From Octopus vulgaris (taxonomy: Eukaryota): DNA of 64,000 nt. The translations under genes and the position numbers were made by a program. Of the stretch, positions 25,846-37,235 are shown in pieces; positions within the stretch are counted from its first letter, which is position 1; every line of letters begins with the position of its first letter. A model generated the notes under the pieces. The model was not told the origin of the DNA, ran no database searches, and saw nothing but the letters and a program-made list of their open reading frames with translations. The DNA lies in assembly GCA_951406725.2 (NCBI GenBank), contig OX597825.1, positions 55,924,001-55,988,000 of the forward strand. Direction: 5' to 3'.

Positions 25846-26536
25846 TATATGCAGATAGATACATATATCCATATTTACATATATATGTGTATGTGTGTGT
25901 GTACATGTGTATGTGCATGCATGTATAAATACATGCAAGCGCGCACACACACTCACACGCACACACGCACACACACACATACACTCACACACACACATAT
26001 ATATGTATACATATATACATGCATGAAACAGCTGTATGCAATAGGTTCGCAAACATATTTGTAGATTTATAGCAACGACATACGGAAGAAACAGCACGGA
26101 CATAATTTACTACCACGAGATTGGAGATGTGTCAGTGAGTTCTGAAAACCTGTTAGAAATAGCACCCAACTATACTTCATGTCACACTCTAAGCTATTAT
26201 TACAATGCGGCCGTTCTACTTGCGATCGTACTCTTCCGGTCATTATCCAACGATAAATCAAATAATACTTGATATATTATGTCAAAATTTTCTATGAGAT
26301 GTTCGCGGTTAGAACGTCTTAGGACAAAGTTCTGCGAGATCAATTTTGACCAGCAGCTGATAAACAGGAACAACATCGTCAAGGCAACCACAGCAACGAT
26401 AAATCAAACTCTTTTATTTTTTTTGCTTGTTAATTTATGTAGCCCAGTGTCACCTCCCACCCTATGTTCTTCAAATTCTGGTTTTAAGTCGTTTAACCAG
26501 TTCAAAACCTCAGCTACAGTTACAAAAAGGACAAGT

Positions 26537-27115
26537 TATCCATCCATTCGCCCCTCTATTTTCTCCGCCCACTATCCGCAATGGTCCTGCGGATAGAATC
26601 CCCAGGGACCTCAATGATATTGTTCTCGCAGAAGCAATCGTCATTAGACTTACCGAATGGATACCCAAGCGTAATCAAGTGAGACTCTGGATATCCTCCA
26701 CCCATCTCGATCTTGGTTTTTTACCCTAGATCTCTTGTCTCTCTACTCGGCTTGGTTTGAAGAATTCGTCTTGCAGTTCTTTCCTGCGATATTCTTATCT
26801 CGTTTGTAGTACCAGAACAGTGACCTCTCAATGCATAGAATTAACGGTTCGACCTGGATATCCCATATCTCCTTGATATCCGAGGTACGCACCCTGATAA
26901 GTAACGCTTTTCCAGTGATCCTTCAAAGGAACCTCAATGCGGCCGTTCTACTTGCGATCGTACTCTTCCGGTCATTATCCAATATTCATGACCTTAGGTG
27001 AAGATAGGCGCGAAAACTAATTGAAGATAGCGAGATTGGCTCTTTGAAACAGTGTCTCATCTTGTGAGGATTGAATGATAGAGCTGGTGCATAACTGCTT
27101 CGGGATCCTGGGACA
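26537..27115 (-). mobile_element. RTE-clade (Expander/Rex3-like) LINE 3' remnant
   Basis: Minus-strand translation AVMHQLYHSIL..APIFT*GHEYWIMTGRVRSQV..FL*RITG..RVRTSDI..VEPLILCIERS..WVEDIQSL.*LRLGI, ending in a gaatggatggat tail. Confidence 0.8.
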
Positions 27116-27403
27116 CGCATTCTTTGTAGTTTCACCCTTCATTACCTAGAACAAGTTGTAAGTTTATTGCTTGTTGTAGCGATATTGGGTGGAGTCTGTA
27201 ATAAATTTTTCGAACGGACCCACTCTTTTTGCTTCCTTTGTTAACCCGACGGTCGATATGCTATTGTTGTTCTTTAGAACTTCTTTCATACTGCAGTTTT
27301 TCGGTGGTCTTATTCGCGCCATGCACTAAGTTGGTATTTGTAGTTCACCTGCGAAAACAACACATTGCTGTCTGGGATTATTCTTACCGTACGTAAATCC
27401 AGA

Positions 27404-27720
27404 AGGTGCATGGCTTAGTGGTTTCGGTATTCGGTTCACGATCGTTAGGTCGTGAGTTCGATTCCTGATGCTGCGTTGTATCCTGGAACAAAATATTTTA
27501 TTTCACATTGCTCTAGTCCACTCAGTTGGCAAAAGTGAGTAATAGCTATATTTCAAAGAGCCAACCTTGTCACACTCCGTGTCACGCCGAATCTTTCTCA
27601 GAACTAAGTGAAGGGTATGTGTGTTTGCGGAATGCCTAGCCAATTGGACGTTAATTTCACGAGCAACCAGATCCATTGATTGGGGCAACTGGAAACCTCG
27701 TCATCATAACCGACAGAATG
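27404..27720 (+). mobile_element. SINE family C, tail variant 2
   Basis: gaaggtgcatggcttagtgg..gagttcgattcc head and ctctagtccactcag core. Its 3' half differs from that of 16145-16478. Confidence 0.8.
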
Positions 27721-28638
27721 CTAGTTATACCTAAATCCAATAACAATGTATTTGATGCAAACCAGTGCTAAAATATATGACCAATGCATCAGCTGTGTGA
27801 CACTAGTCACGCACCTAAGTCTTTTTATTTAATCATATTCTAGAACAAAAACTGTGTAACCCTGTTTTTTTATTAACCCAACAAGATTCTGACTTCAGTT
27901 AGGGAAACGGGAAACAGGAAGAAGAAAGAGAGTCTAAAATACCCTTCATGCAAAACTACATCCAAAGTACACCAAACCATCGATTTTTAGTTATATCCTA
28001 GTGTTACAGCTGCGTCCTTCCCCCACCCCACTTCTTTTTTATTTACCCACCAAGATTCAAACAGGAGGAAGGAGTTAAAAGGCATAGTTTTGGGTGATGT
28101 GAAATATGCAAAACTGCATCCAAGCTACATGAGACCATCAAACAGTCTACAACTGATGTTTATTTCTCCATTCTCGCACTGAGATGACATACAGCGACAG
28201 TTAACAAACATTTAAACCAGAATGTCAAGAGAATTTAGCAGTCCGGCCTTTTCAGTACTCTCATAGAATGGAGAAGAAAAAATATGTGTTAAAGCATTGC
28301 TTTACATTTCTTTTGCGTCTGTTCATGTTAAATTTATTACTTAACAGATCGGGCAAACCTTGACATAGGGAAGAATCTAAATCGCCATAAAAGCCATTTG
28401 TTGTGTATCTTACAAAATCAGAAGGATAACAAAAAATAAAAATCCTTGAGCTATTCAATGATGAGTCTTTATAATCTGAGTTCAATTCTAACTAATGTCC
28501 ACTTGATTTTTTATTAATTTCCTTCTTGATAAAAGAATGAACAAGTTAAGTACTGGGGTCGAACAAACGACTGTTCTATTCCTTCACCACCAAAAGTTTC
28601 GGTTTCGGGTTTAGAAGTCTTTTATTATTAGACTAATC

Positions 28639-29018
28639 TCGTTAGCACGCCGGGCGAAATACTTAGCGGTGTTTCGTCTGTCTTTACGTTCTGATTTCAA
28701 ATTCCACCGAGGTCGACTTTGCCTTTCATCCTTTCGGGGTCGATTAAATAAGTACCAGTTACGCACTGGGGTCGATATAATTGACTTAATCTGTTTGTCT
28801 GTCCTTGTTTGTCCCCTCTGTGTTTAGCCCCTTGTGGGCAGCAAAGAAATAGGTATTTCGTCTGTCTTTACGTTCTGAGTTCAAATTCCGCCGAGGTCGA
28901 CTTTACCTTTCATCCTTTCTGTGTTGATAAATTAAGTACCAGTTGCGTAATGGGGTCAATCTAATCGACTGGCACCTTCCCACCCTCCAAATTCGGTCTT
29001 TGTGCCGAGAGTAGAAAA
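28639..29018 (+). mobile_element. SINE family B dimer (184-bp unit)
   Basis: The core is repeated twice with junction aaagaaata|ggtatttcgtctg at 28852. Confidence 0.9.
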
Positions 29019-29469
29019 GCTTATTAGACTAATCTATGTTGGAATTGGTAGACGGTTGGGAAGAAATCCAAGCTAGTATTTATTTGGTTGATTTATGCAG
29101 TGAGTTCAAATTTTAGCGAGGTTCACTTTGTCAGAATTCTTACTGGTGGTTGATGAAGTAAGAACTGTTCATGTGAGCGCAAGTATGACTGACTGCTTTA
29201 CACATTTTCATTGCAGCTGAGCAGTTCAAGATCTAGTGCCACTGTGCGGCACTTGGTGAAATACTTTGGAACAAAATATCCAGGTTAAATTTGTTTAATA
29301 AAAACTACGAAGAATCCTGTTGCATACACATTTTCATAGATACACAACATAAACATATAAATAGGTTATCACCCTGAAGTATATACACACAATGAATGAT
29401 TATAAAGTCAGTGTTCGTTATAATACGTTTCCTTCTCAAAATTTAATACGGATTAGTGTTAGGGTTAGG

Positions 29470-30275
29470 GATAGTGTTTGAGGACACTTAATTATAAGTA
29501 TATTACTGTCTTCAAATCAAGTAAAAGTTTCCTGTTGCTTTCAGATCCCGCATAGAAGATAAAATGCTAACACAAGAAATTAAAAGATATGTAGTTATTT
29601 TTGCCATATATACGGAACAGCAATTTAGAATTTACCAACTTTCTAAATCCTATAGCGTCTTCTGTATATAAAGTTCATGTGGAACTGGAATCCTCTGGTG
29701 GGAATGTTTCAGCTGCATCTAAACGAAAAATAAATTAAATATTCCTGCGATATAAGGAAACAGCAATTCATCCAATGGGTTCAAAGCATTTTCAATGATG
29801 ATCTCGAAAAATCAATAAGGGACACCGCCAAAGAATTTCAAGGTAGGTTAGGGTTAGGGTAAGAGTTAGGGTTAAGGTTAGACTATCAGAACTGGTGCAC
29901 AAGGATTTCGATACAAATATCATGTTCTGGAGAGAAGCCAATTCATTTCTACGACGACACAGAAAAACCATTTGATCCGTGCCAAGGTTGAAACACCTCT
30001 AGAAAATGGCATGCCTTGGTTCTTCTCTGATGAAAAAATAACTTCGACCAAGATCAAAAGTGTTAACAAGAGAAATGACTGATGGTTATATGCTGATTCT
30101 TGTGATGTCCTCGGGTGATCCCCACTAAATTACCAGCAACGGTGATGGTTTTAGGATAGGTGAGCAACAAAGGTCATGTCATATCACCTCGCATTTTTCT
30201 GCAGTCTGGGTCTTGGAATTAATGCTGCTGGATATGTTGAGGTGGTGGAGACAGTTGTTGAGCCGTGGATAGATG
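29470..30275 (+). mobile_element. DD37D (maT/mori-type) Tc1-mariner transposase fossil, 3'-truncated
   Basis: WFFSDEK-NFDQDQK-VNKRND*WLYAD..TKLPATVMVLG*VSNKGHVISP..INAAGYVEVVETVVEPWID, with frameshifts. Homologous to 42598-44120. Confidence 0.85.
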
Positions 30276-30474
30276 AAAGCTGTGGTAGTGGTAGTGGAGA
30301 ATGCAGTGGCTGTAGTGGTGGAGGTTGCAGTGCTGGCACATGATAGTAGAATTACTATGGCTGATATTGCTGGAGATAATGGTGGTGGTGGTGGTGGTGG
30401 TGGTGGTGATGGTGGTGGTGGTGGTGGTGGTGGTGGTGGTGGTCGTCGTCGTCGTGATGTAGGCGGTGATGGCG

Positions 30475-30519
<45 letters not shown>

Positions 30520-31196
30520 AAATTGTGCTACTCGACTCCTGATATATTCGTTTAGCTGTCTACATACATGTACATACATATCTAATAATGGTAAAAAAGG
30601 ACAAACTGAAGGAGAGGAATCAGAGGCGAACAGTTGCACAACGTGAGAGTTTACAGCAGGTAGAAAGTAGAAAGAAGCTAACTAAAAGAGACAATACCTG
30701 TCTATCTCTCTCTCTCTCTCTCTCTCGCTCTGCATATATATATATATATGAACTTACCAGTATCACCATCATCAGTATTATCATTCCCCAGGACGTCGAC
30801 GGTCATCACCATTAGATGTTATCTGCTATATATAACCAAAAAGAATCCAATACAGGCTGCAATCTATATATACTATGTAAGATTAGGCAAAAATATCAAT
30901 TCTTACTAAGGTTTCTCCTGTTGTATTCTTGACCAATTGTGTTCGTAACCAAGTTGTGTAGGGACTTCTAGAAATTCCCTTCCGCCTCAACACATTATAC
31001 TGCACTCCATACATGTGTGTGTGTCTGTTGCTGTGTGTATGCCTACGTCTGAGTTTGAGTGTGTATGTGTGTGTGTGTGTGTGTGTATTCTTACATGTAT
31101 ACATATGTTTGCATATATGTATATACATATACATGTATATATACATACATATATACATACATATGTATATATATAAGAATATACACATATATACAT

Positions 31197-31231
<35 letters not shown>

Positions 31232-32059
31232 AATATATACATAAATATACATACATATGCATATATAAATATGCTTATATATATATATATATATATATAT
31301 ATGCATTTATGTATGAATGTATATGAATATATATGTGTGCGTGTGTGATTATGTATGTATGAATGAATGAATGAATGTATGTACCTGTTAACCTGCATAT
31401 TTCTGCACATTTTTGCGCCTCATTAATTTTCTGACCGCGGTCATTTAATGGTTTCTATGTATATATATATATATATATATATATAGGAATGTATGCATGT
31501 ATGCATGAATGTCTGTCTGTATGTATGTATGTATGTAAGTATGTATGTATGTATGTATGTATGTATGTATGTGTGTATGAATGCATGCATATATGTCTGT
31601 GTGTCTGTATATGTCTGTTTCTTTGAGTTGTATTTAAGTTCTGAAGAGAGTTCACGCCGGTCATTGACAAAGCGACAAGAGTTTTTGAGTTAAGAGAGTT
31701 CTCGGTATTTAAAAAAATATATAGCTGAGTTGCTGAGTTGGTTTAGCCACCGATGCACACACCCAAGTGTGTTCAGCTATTGATCAAAAGAATTTCAGAT
31801 CGAGAATAGTTGGTATGTTTTACAAATCTACACAGAGCTGTCAATAGATTGGATGTGCAGAATCCGCATCAGTGTCATTTGCTCTTTCTTCGAAAAACCA
31901 CGTATTTCTAAGTGTTTGTGCAAATTTGTAGGTACATAGCTTAGTGCACCAATGATGATAAGTACAAATAATAATTCATTGTCACTGACAAGAGCTGTAA
32001 TTTCCGCATTAATTCACATTAAATGTTCTCTTTTTTTAATGATGCATTTACATCCGCTG

Positions 32060-32260
32060 GCCAGATGACATCTATAACAGTACCTTCGAAACGCAGAGTA
32101 GATGAGACCATGGCGACTGAAGAAGGGGAATTTCCCTTGTGTTATTTGTCTCTCTACACTATTTTTTCGTTGTTTAAGAAAAATGTCCAGTTCCTTGGTT
32201 TTGTGTTTATGTTTTCGTTTCTCATTGTGTTCGACGTTTTTTTGGCGTCCTGTACCCATA
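32060..32260 (+). mobile_element. Short Penelope-like/unknown repeat with GAAA...CTGANGAAGGG motif and T-rich tail next to (TA)n
   Basis: Same layout as ~22095-22250(-) (agtagatagacagccgacaactgatgaaggg) and ~48300-48465(+). Confidence 0.45.
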
Positions 32261-32339
32261 TATGTATATATATATACATGTAGAGGTAGATACTTATATA
32301 TATGTATGTATATATGCATTTGTTTTATTTATTAATTTA

Positions 32340-33570
32340 TGATATTTGTCCCTATCCCACCAGACAATATCAGGTCTATTGTGTTTGCACCGAATTACTG
32401 TTTCTATCGGAGTGTTTCACCAGTGTTCTTTTTTTTTATTTTAGAAAACTGTGAATAAATGCTGATTCTGACATGCCTTTGACGTATAACGTCAGGATGG
32501 TCCTTCCTGCAGATAGCATTGTTAATAGTCATTGCAACTATATCATGCCTCAGGGCCACGCAGTATCTCGTAGTCATTTTAGGGCAGCCGCTAGTGATAT
32601 CTTCCACCCAGATAGAGCAGAGCCGACATTTTCTATCTCAACGTGAATGGTTGGTGGCATCTTTGTCTCTCTCTTATTTATCAGGTATTTACCAGCTCTC
32701 TCCTCTAAGACATCGAGGAGAAGCTACTTATCCTGTCAATGTTGTTGTTATTCTTTTGCTTATAGAATATATACCCATGTATTGATTTTTGTTTGTAAGA
32801 CACTTGCTTCCCCTCCAAGTTTCTGTTTAGGTAAGCCATTCTAGGTTATTTTGGGTCACAAGAGACAGTTTTATTCACAGAATACCTTTCTCAGTAGTTC
32901 TTTTTCAACTCTGAAGATGTTGTTGCTCTCATTTTTGAGTATGCCTGTGATGTATTCATTTCTTTCTTTACTGTCCAACAGGTGTTGTCTGAGTGATGCA
33001 ATGTGATATTCAAAAGCTGTTTGAACTGATCTTATGCCTCTATCGCTATCACTTTGTCTCACATAGATGCTATTGGCGTCGCTGTAGAAGTTGCCAGTGG
33101 TGATCAGTGCCTTTATGGTTTTGATGCCAAGGCTATGTATCTCATCGAGTATCCAGTCCAATATGCCAAATGTTGGTACTAGCACTAGCACTGCAAAGGC
33201 ATTGTGAGGTATGGTCTTATTAAATGTAGACAGCTCTGAGTTTTCATATCTTCCGGAATCTATAAAAGTACTCTCTGTTATTCTGGTTTTAGTCACAGCA
33301 CCAACGTCTGCAATTTTCACGTCGATTCATCATTAGCGACAGGGGTGATAGACAAGCCATTGATACATATGCTCTCTGTCTGGTCAACAATCTTTCCTCG
33401 GTTGATTATCATGTATGAACATTTATTTTGCCCAAGCTACATTCCTATATCTCGTGAGAATTTTGCAACTAGTTCTAATTGTCTATTGATGATGTTCATG
33501 TTACCAGAATATAAATTTAGGTCATCGATAATAAAAATATGTGGGTGACATTCATTTTATTTTTTACTGC
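32340..33570 (-). mobile_element. Degraded R4/Dong-clade LINE (RT C-terminal half, thumb, CCHC, start of RLE)
   Basis: Minus strand reads THIF..IDDLNLY..KFSRDIGM*LGQNKCSY; NAFAVLVLVPTFGILDW..KTIKAL..IYV..RGIRS; RKCRLC..EDITSGCPKM..LRHD; KHNRPDIVWWD. Many stops and frameshifts. Confidence 0.88.
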
Positions 33571-33590
33571 ATATCCCTGCAAATGTGTAT

Positions 33591-33637
<47 letters not shown>

Positions 33638-33778
33638 TGAATGTGTGTGCGTGTGTGTAGCTCATGTCCACCACCTCATCGATCTGACCCACAAAACTTG
33701 CTATCAAAAGATGAGTTGTTTTTGTTGTTGATTGTCTCGTTGTTGTTTACAGCAGTTTTGTCATTTCACTTGACGCTT

Positions 33779-33895
33779 TCACCACTTTGATTTTGTGCTT
33801 TTCAAACTGCAGCTGCAAACTGCGTGATCTTCAATGTCTCTCAATAGTCTTATTGTCTGTTGTTGTTGTTGTTTTGTTAACTTTGCTTTTGTACA
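33779..33895 (-). CDS. Candidate terminal coding exon, CTKAKLTKQQQQQTIRLLRDIEDHAVCSCSLKSTKSKW* (cystine-knot-like HxxCxC)
   Basis: Strong minus-strand acceptor (ctaag..tttttctttcatttctgttctgttcttttctgtttttttAG) and a phase-0 frame open for 38 aa. No upstream exon identified. Confidence 0.25.
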   Translation of the reverse strand, partial: CTKAKLTKQQQQQTIRLLRDIEDHAVCSCSLKSTKSKW

Positions 33896-34016
33896 CTAAA
33901 AAAACAGAAAAGAACAGAACAGAAATGAAAGAAAAACTTAGAAGGCAAACATATTTCTTTGATATTCAACGTGCTACTTCCCCTGTGGCAAATTCCCTTC
34001 TCCTGCTAAAACAGAG

Positions 34017-34028
34017 GCGGCCATTTTG
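34017..34028 (-). promoter_or_regulatory. YY1-type motif CAAAATGGCCGC
   Basis: Plus strand gcggccattttg matches the YY1 consensus. It lies ~120 bp from the candidate exon acceptor. Confidence 0.35.
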
Positions 34029-34063
34029 AAACGAGTAAAACTAATATAAAAAAGCACATGGAC

Positions 34064-34094
<31 letters not shown>

Positions 34095-34172
34095 TGTATG
34101 TATGTATGTATGTATGTATGTATGTATGTATGTATGTATGTATGTATGCACGCATGCATCTATGTATGTATG

Positions 34173-34204
<32 letters not shown>

Positions 34205-34227
34205 TGTATGTATGTATGTATGTATGT

Positions 34228-34497
34228 GATGTTTTTGCGTACACAGTTTGTGACAGACCATGCCTTTCTTTTGCTGGGCTCAAATATCATTTGTGGACCC
34301 ATGAACAATGAACCGCCACCATCTATTCTGCCTATACATCTGTGCACACCTTTCAATGCCGTGTATGTTATAAGGTCTGTAAATCTTACGGACGCCTCAA
34401 AAGACATTTTAAGATCCACAAAGATCAGAAACTGCATCTCATGGTGAAATTAGGGAAATTAAAGCAACGAGGAGCCAGGCAAAGAGTCGGGCGTTAA
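34228..34497 (+). pseudogene. Two degraded C2H2 zinc fingers, probably the C-terminus of an RTE-type LINE ORF
   Basis: One frame reads FAYTVCDRPCLSFAGLKYHLWTHEQ*TATIYSAYTSVHTFQCRVCYKVCKSYGRLKRHFKIH. No TGEKP linker; one in-frame stop. Confidence 0.7.
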
Positions 34498-34944
34498 ATG
34501 AGCAACGAAGGCGATATGAACGTTTGCCACCTTTTCCGATCTTACGTGAATAGCTTCCTATGAGCCCATATTTGATGGTAGTGGCGATCTTGTTCATAAA
34601 CTTGCACATGCTCTGCTCCACTCCACTGGAACATGGACTGAAGTAAACTCACAAGCCTCGAATAAAAATATTGTTCTAGTACCCTACTAAAATGATTTGG
34701 GTACGCTGGCCCACCTGGTGTTATTTGTTGAAATTTCATTGACTGGTCCTAGTTATCCCTTCAGTGCGAAGTCAACTCCTTTGATTTCTGTGATGACTGA
34801 CTCCTTGACAGAAAAAGCAAACATGCTTTTGCTATGCCATTGTTAACGTGAGATTCACATCATTGCTTTTCGACAAAATGTCACTTAACATTTTATCTGA
34901 CGTGGTAATGGGTCAGTAAGCTCGTCGCCTTAATAATAGTAATT

Positions 34945-35430
34945 TTAATTTCAAATTTTGGCACTAGGTCAATAGTTTCAGGGGAGGGGCTTGTTGCTTA
35001 CATCGACCAGTCAATGAAATTTCAACAAGTAACACCAGGTGGGCAAGCGTACCCAAATCATTGGTGCTTATTTTACTGACCCTGAGAGGATGAAAGGGAA
35101 AGTCGACTCTGTTGGCATTTGAACTAAGAACGTGAAGACGGACGAAATGCCACTAAGCATATTGTCTGGAGTGTTAATGATTCTGTTTGCTCGCCGTCTT
35201 AAAATAAGGATAATGATGTTATTGTTTTTGTTGTTGTTGTTGTTGCTGTTGTTTCACAGAATCATTAGCGAACCGGTCAAAAACGCTGAGCAGCATTTCC
35301 TACAGCTTTTAATGTTCCGAGTTCAAATCCTATCGTGATCAAATTTGCCGCTCATCTTTCCATGTACTGGACTAGATGATATCGACTATTGACCCCTTAA
35401 AATTGCTGGCCTTGTGCCAAAATTTGAAAC
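34945..35430. mobile_element. Two SINE B copies (34945-35200 minus, with a 58-bp foreign insert; 35255-35430 plus, degraded)
   Basis: aggatgaaagggaaagtcgac..atttgaact on one strand and cagaatcattagcg..gagttcaaat on the other. Confidence 0.75.
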
Positions 35431-35491
35431 CTTTATCATTGTTATTCCCATTTTTGTTGTTGTTGATGTTGTTATTATTATTATTATTATT

Positions 35492-35867
35492 ATTACTTCC
35501 GCCTTAGCGAAGGCGGGGTATTGTTTTCAGTCGTGTTTGCTTGTTCGTTTGTTTGTCCGTGGATAAGATGTCTTAGGAACCGCTGGATGAATTCTGATGA
35601 AACGTTCAGGGATGTTTGGCCTCGTGAATGGCACAAACTGATTAGATTTTGGGATCGATCCGGTACCGGACAAGGATTCTGGATTATTTTTCCGGTTTTT
35701 TTAAAATTAATTTTTGAGAGCGGTCGGGATCAATTTTAGTATTCTCGTTTGTGAGAGCAGTCGAGTTTATTACAGATATTCTCATTTTAATAATCATCTC
35801 TGACTAATCGTTGAGAGGACATTGGTGTTGCCTTGGTGGAGGTTTGCACTCTCTGAGTGCTCTTGTT
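35492..35867 (+). mobile_element. Helentron-associated non-autonomous element (HINE/DINE-1-like), full length
   Basis: 5' ttacttccgccttagcgaaggcgg hairpin/subTIR, (gttt)n, 3' inverted copy ggtggagg, and terminal palindrome gcactc-tct-gagtgc. Confidence 0.85.
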
Positions 35868-35881
35868 ATTAATAGTATTAT

Positions 35882-36994
35882 CTATTTCTTTACTACCCAC
35901 AAGGGGCTAAACATAGAGGGGACAAACAAGGACGGACAAACGGATTAAGTCGTTTACATCGACCCAGTGCGAAACTGGTACTTTATTTATCGACCCTGAG
36001 AGGATGAAAGGCAAAGTCGACCTCGGCGGAATTTGAACTCAGAACGTAACGACAGACGAAATACGGCTAAGCATTTCGCTCGGCGCGCTAACGTTTCTGC
36101 CAGCTCGCCGCCATTAATAGTATTATCATTAATATTACCCCGGACCAAATGCGTAGTGGCATTACGTCCGTCTTTACATTCTGGGTTCAAATTCCACCGA
36201 GGTCGATTTGTTCTTTTATCCTTGCAGGGTCGATGAAATAATAACCAGTTGAGCAATAGGGTCGGTGTAATCGACTAGTCTCCTCCCTCAAAATTCTAGG
36301 ACTTGTGCCTATAGCAGAAACGATTACTATCATTGCTATTATTATTATTGATATTACGCCGGACAAAATGTGTAGCGGCATTTCGTCCGTCTTTACCCTC
36401 AGCGTTGAAATTTTTAGGTCAACTTACCTTTCATCCTTCTGGGGTCGATAACATAAGTACCAGTTGAGGTATGGGGGTGTCAATGTAATTAATTTAATGT
36501 CTTCCTCGAAATTGCTAGCCTTGTGCCAAAATTCGAAACTATTATTAGTAAGACAGTGAGCTGAGGAAATCGCCAGCACGCCTGGAAAAATGCTTCGCAG
36601 CATTACGTTCTGAGTTCAAATTCTCCCAAGGATGACTTTGCCTTTCATCCTTTCGGGGTCGAAAAAATGAGTACCAGTTGGACACTGGGATGGTTGTAAA
36701 CTATCCCTGAAATTTTCGACCTTTGAAACTGCCAAACTTTGAAACCAATATTGTTATTATTAGTATTGTTGTTGTTGTTTAAGACGCTGAACTGGCAGAA
36801 TCGTTAGCACGCCGGACAAAATGCTGAGCGGCATTTTGTTCGTCTGAGTCGAAATTCCGCCGAGGTCTACTTTTCCTTTCATTCTTTCGAGGTCGATAAA
36901 ATAAGTACCAGTTGAACACTGGGGTCGAAGTAGACGACGTACCCTATCCTCACCCCAACGAAAGTGCTGGCCTTGTGCCAAAATTTGAAACTAA

Positions 36995-36995
<1 letters not shown>
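35882..36995. mobile_element. Cluster of five SINE B copies (35882-36112 minus; ~36135-36320, 36355-36540, 36550-36750, 36781-36995 plus)
   Basis: Repeated SINE B cores separated by short att/gtt runs. Confidence 0.88.
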
Positions 36996-37028
<33 letters not shown>

Positions 37029-37088
37029 GGTAGTGGTGGTGGTGGTGTCGGCGTTGGTCATGGTGGTTCTGTTTTTCTTGTCGTCGCT

Positions 37089-37135
<47 letters not shown>

Positions 37136-37164
37136 ATTAGAAATCATTTTGTAGTGTTTAAAAT

Positions 37165-37235
<71 letters not shown>

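Noticed and set aside
27860-28145. Faint ~165-bp tandem dimer (acc..caagattc ... atgcaaaact.catccaaag)
   Set aside because: Probably eroded Helitron-type core repeats; boundaries cannot be supported.
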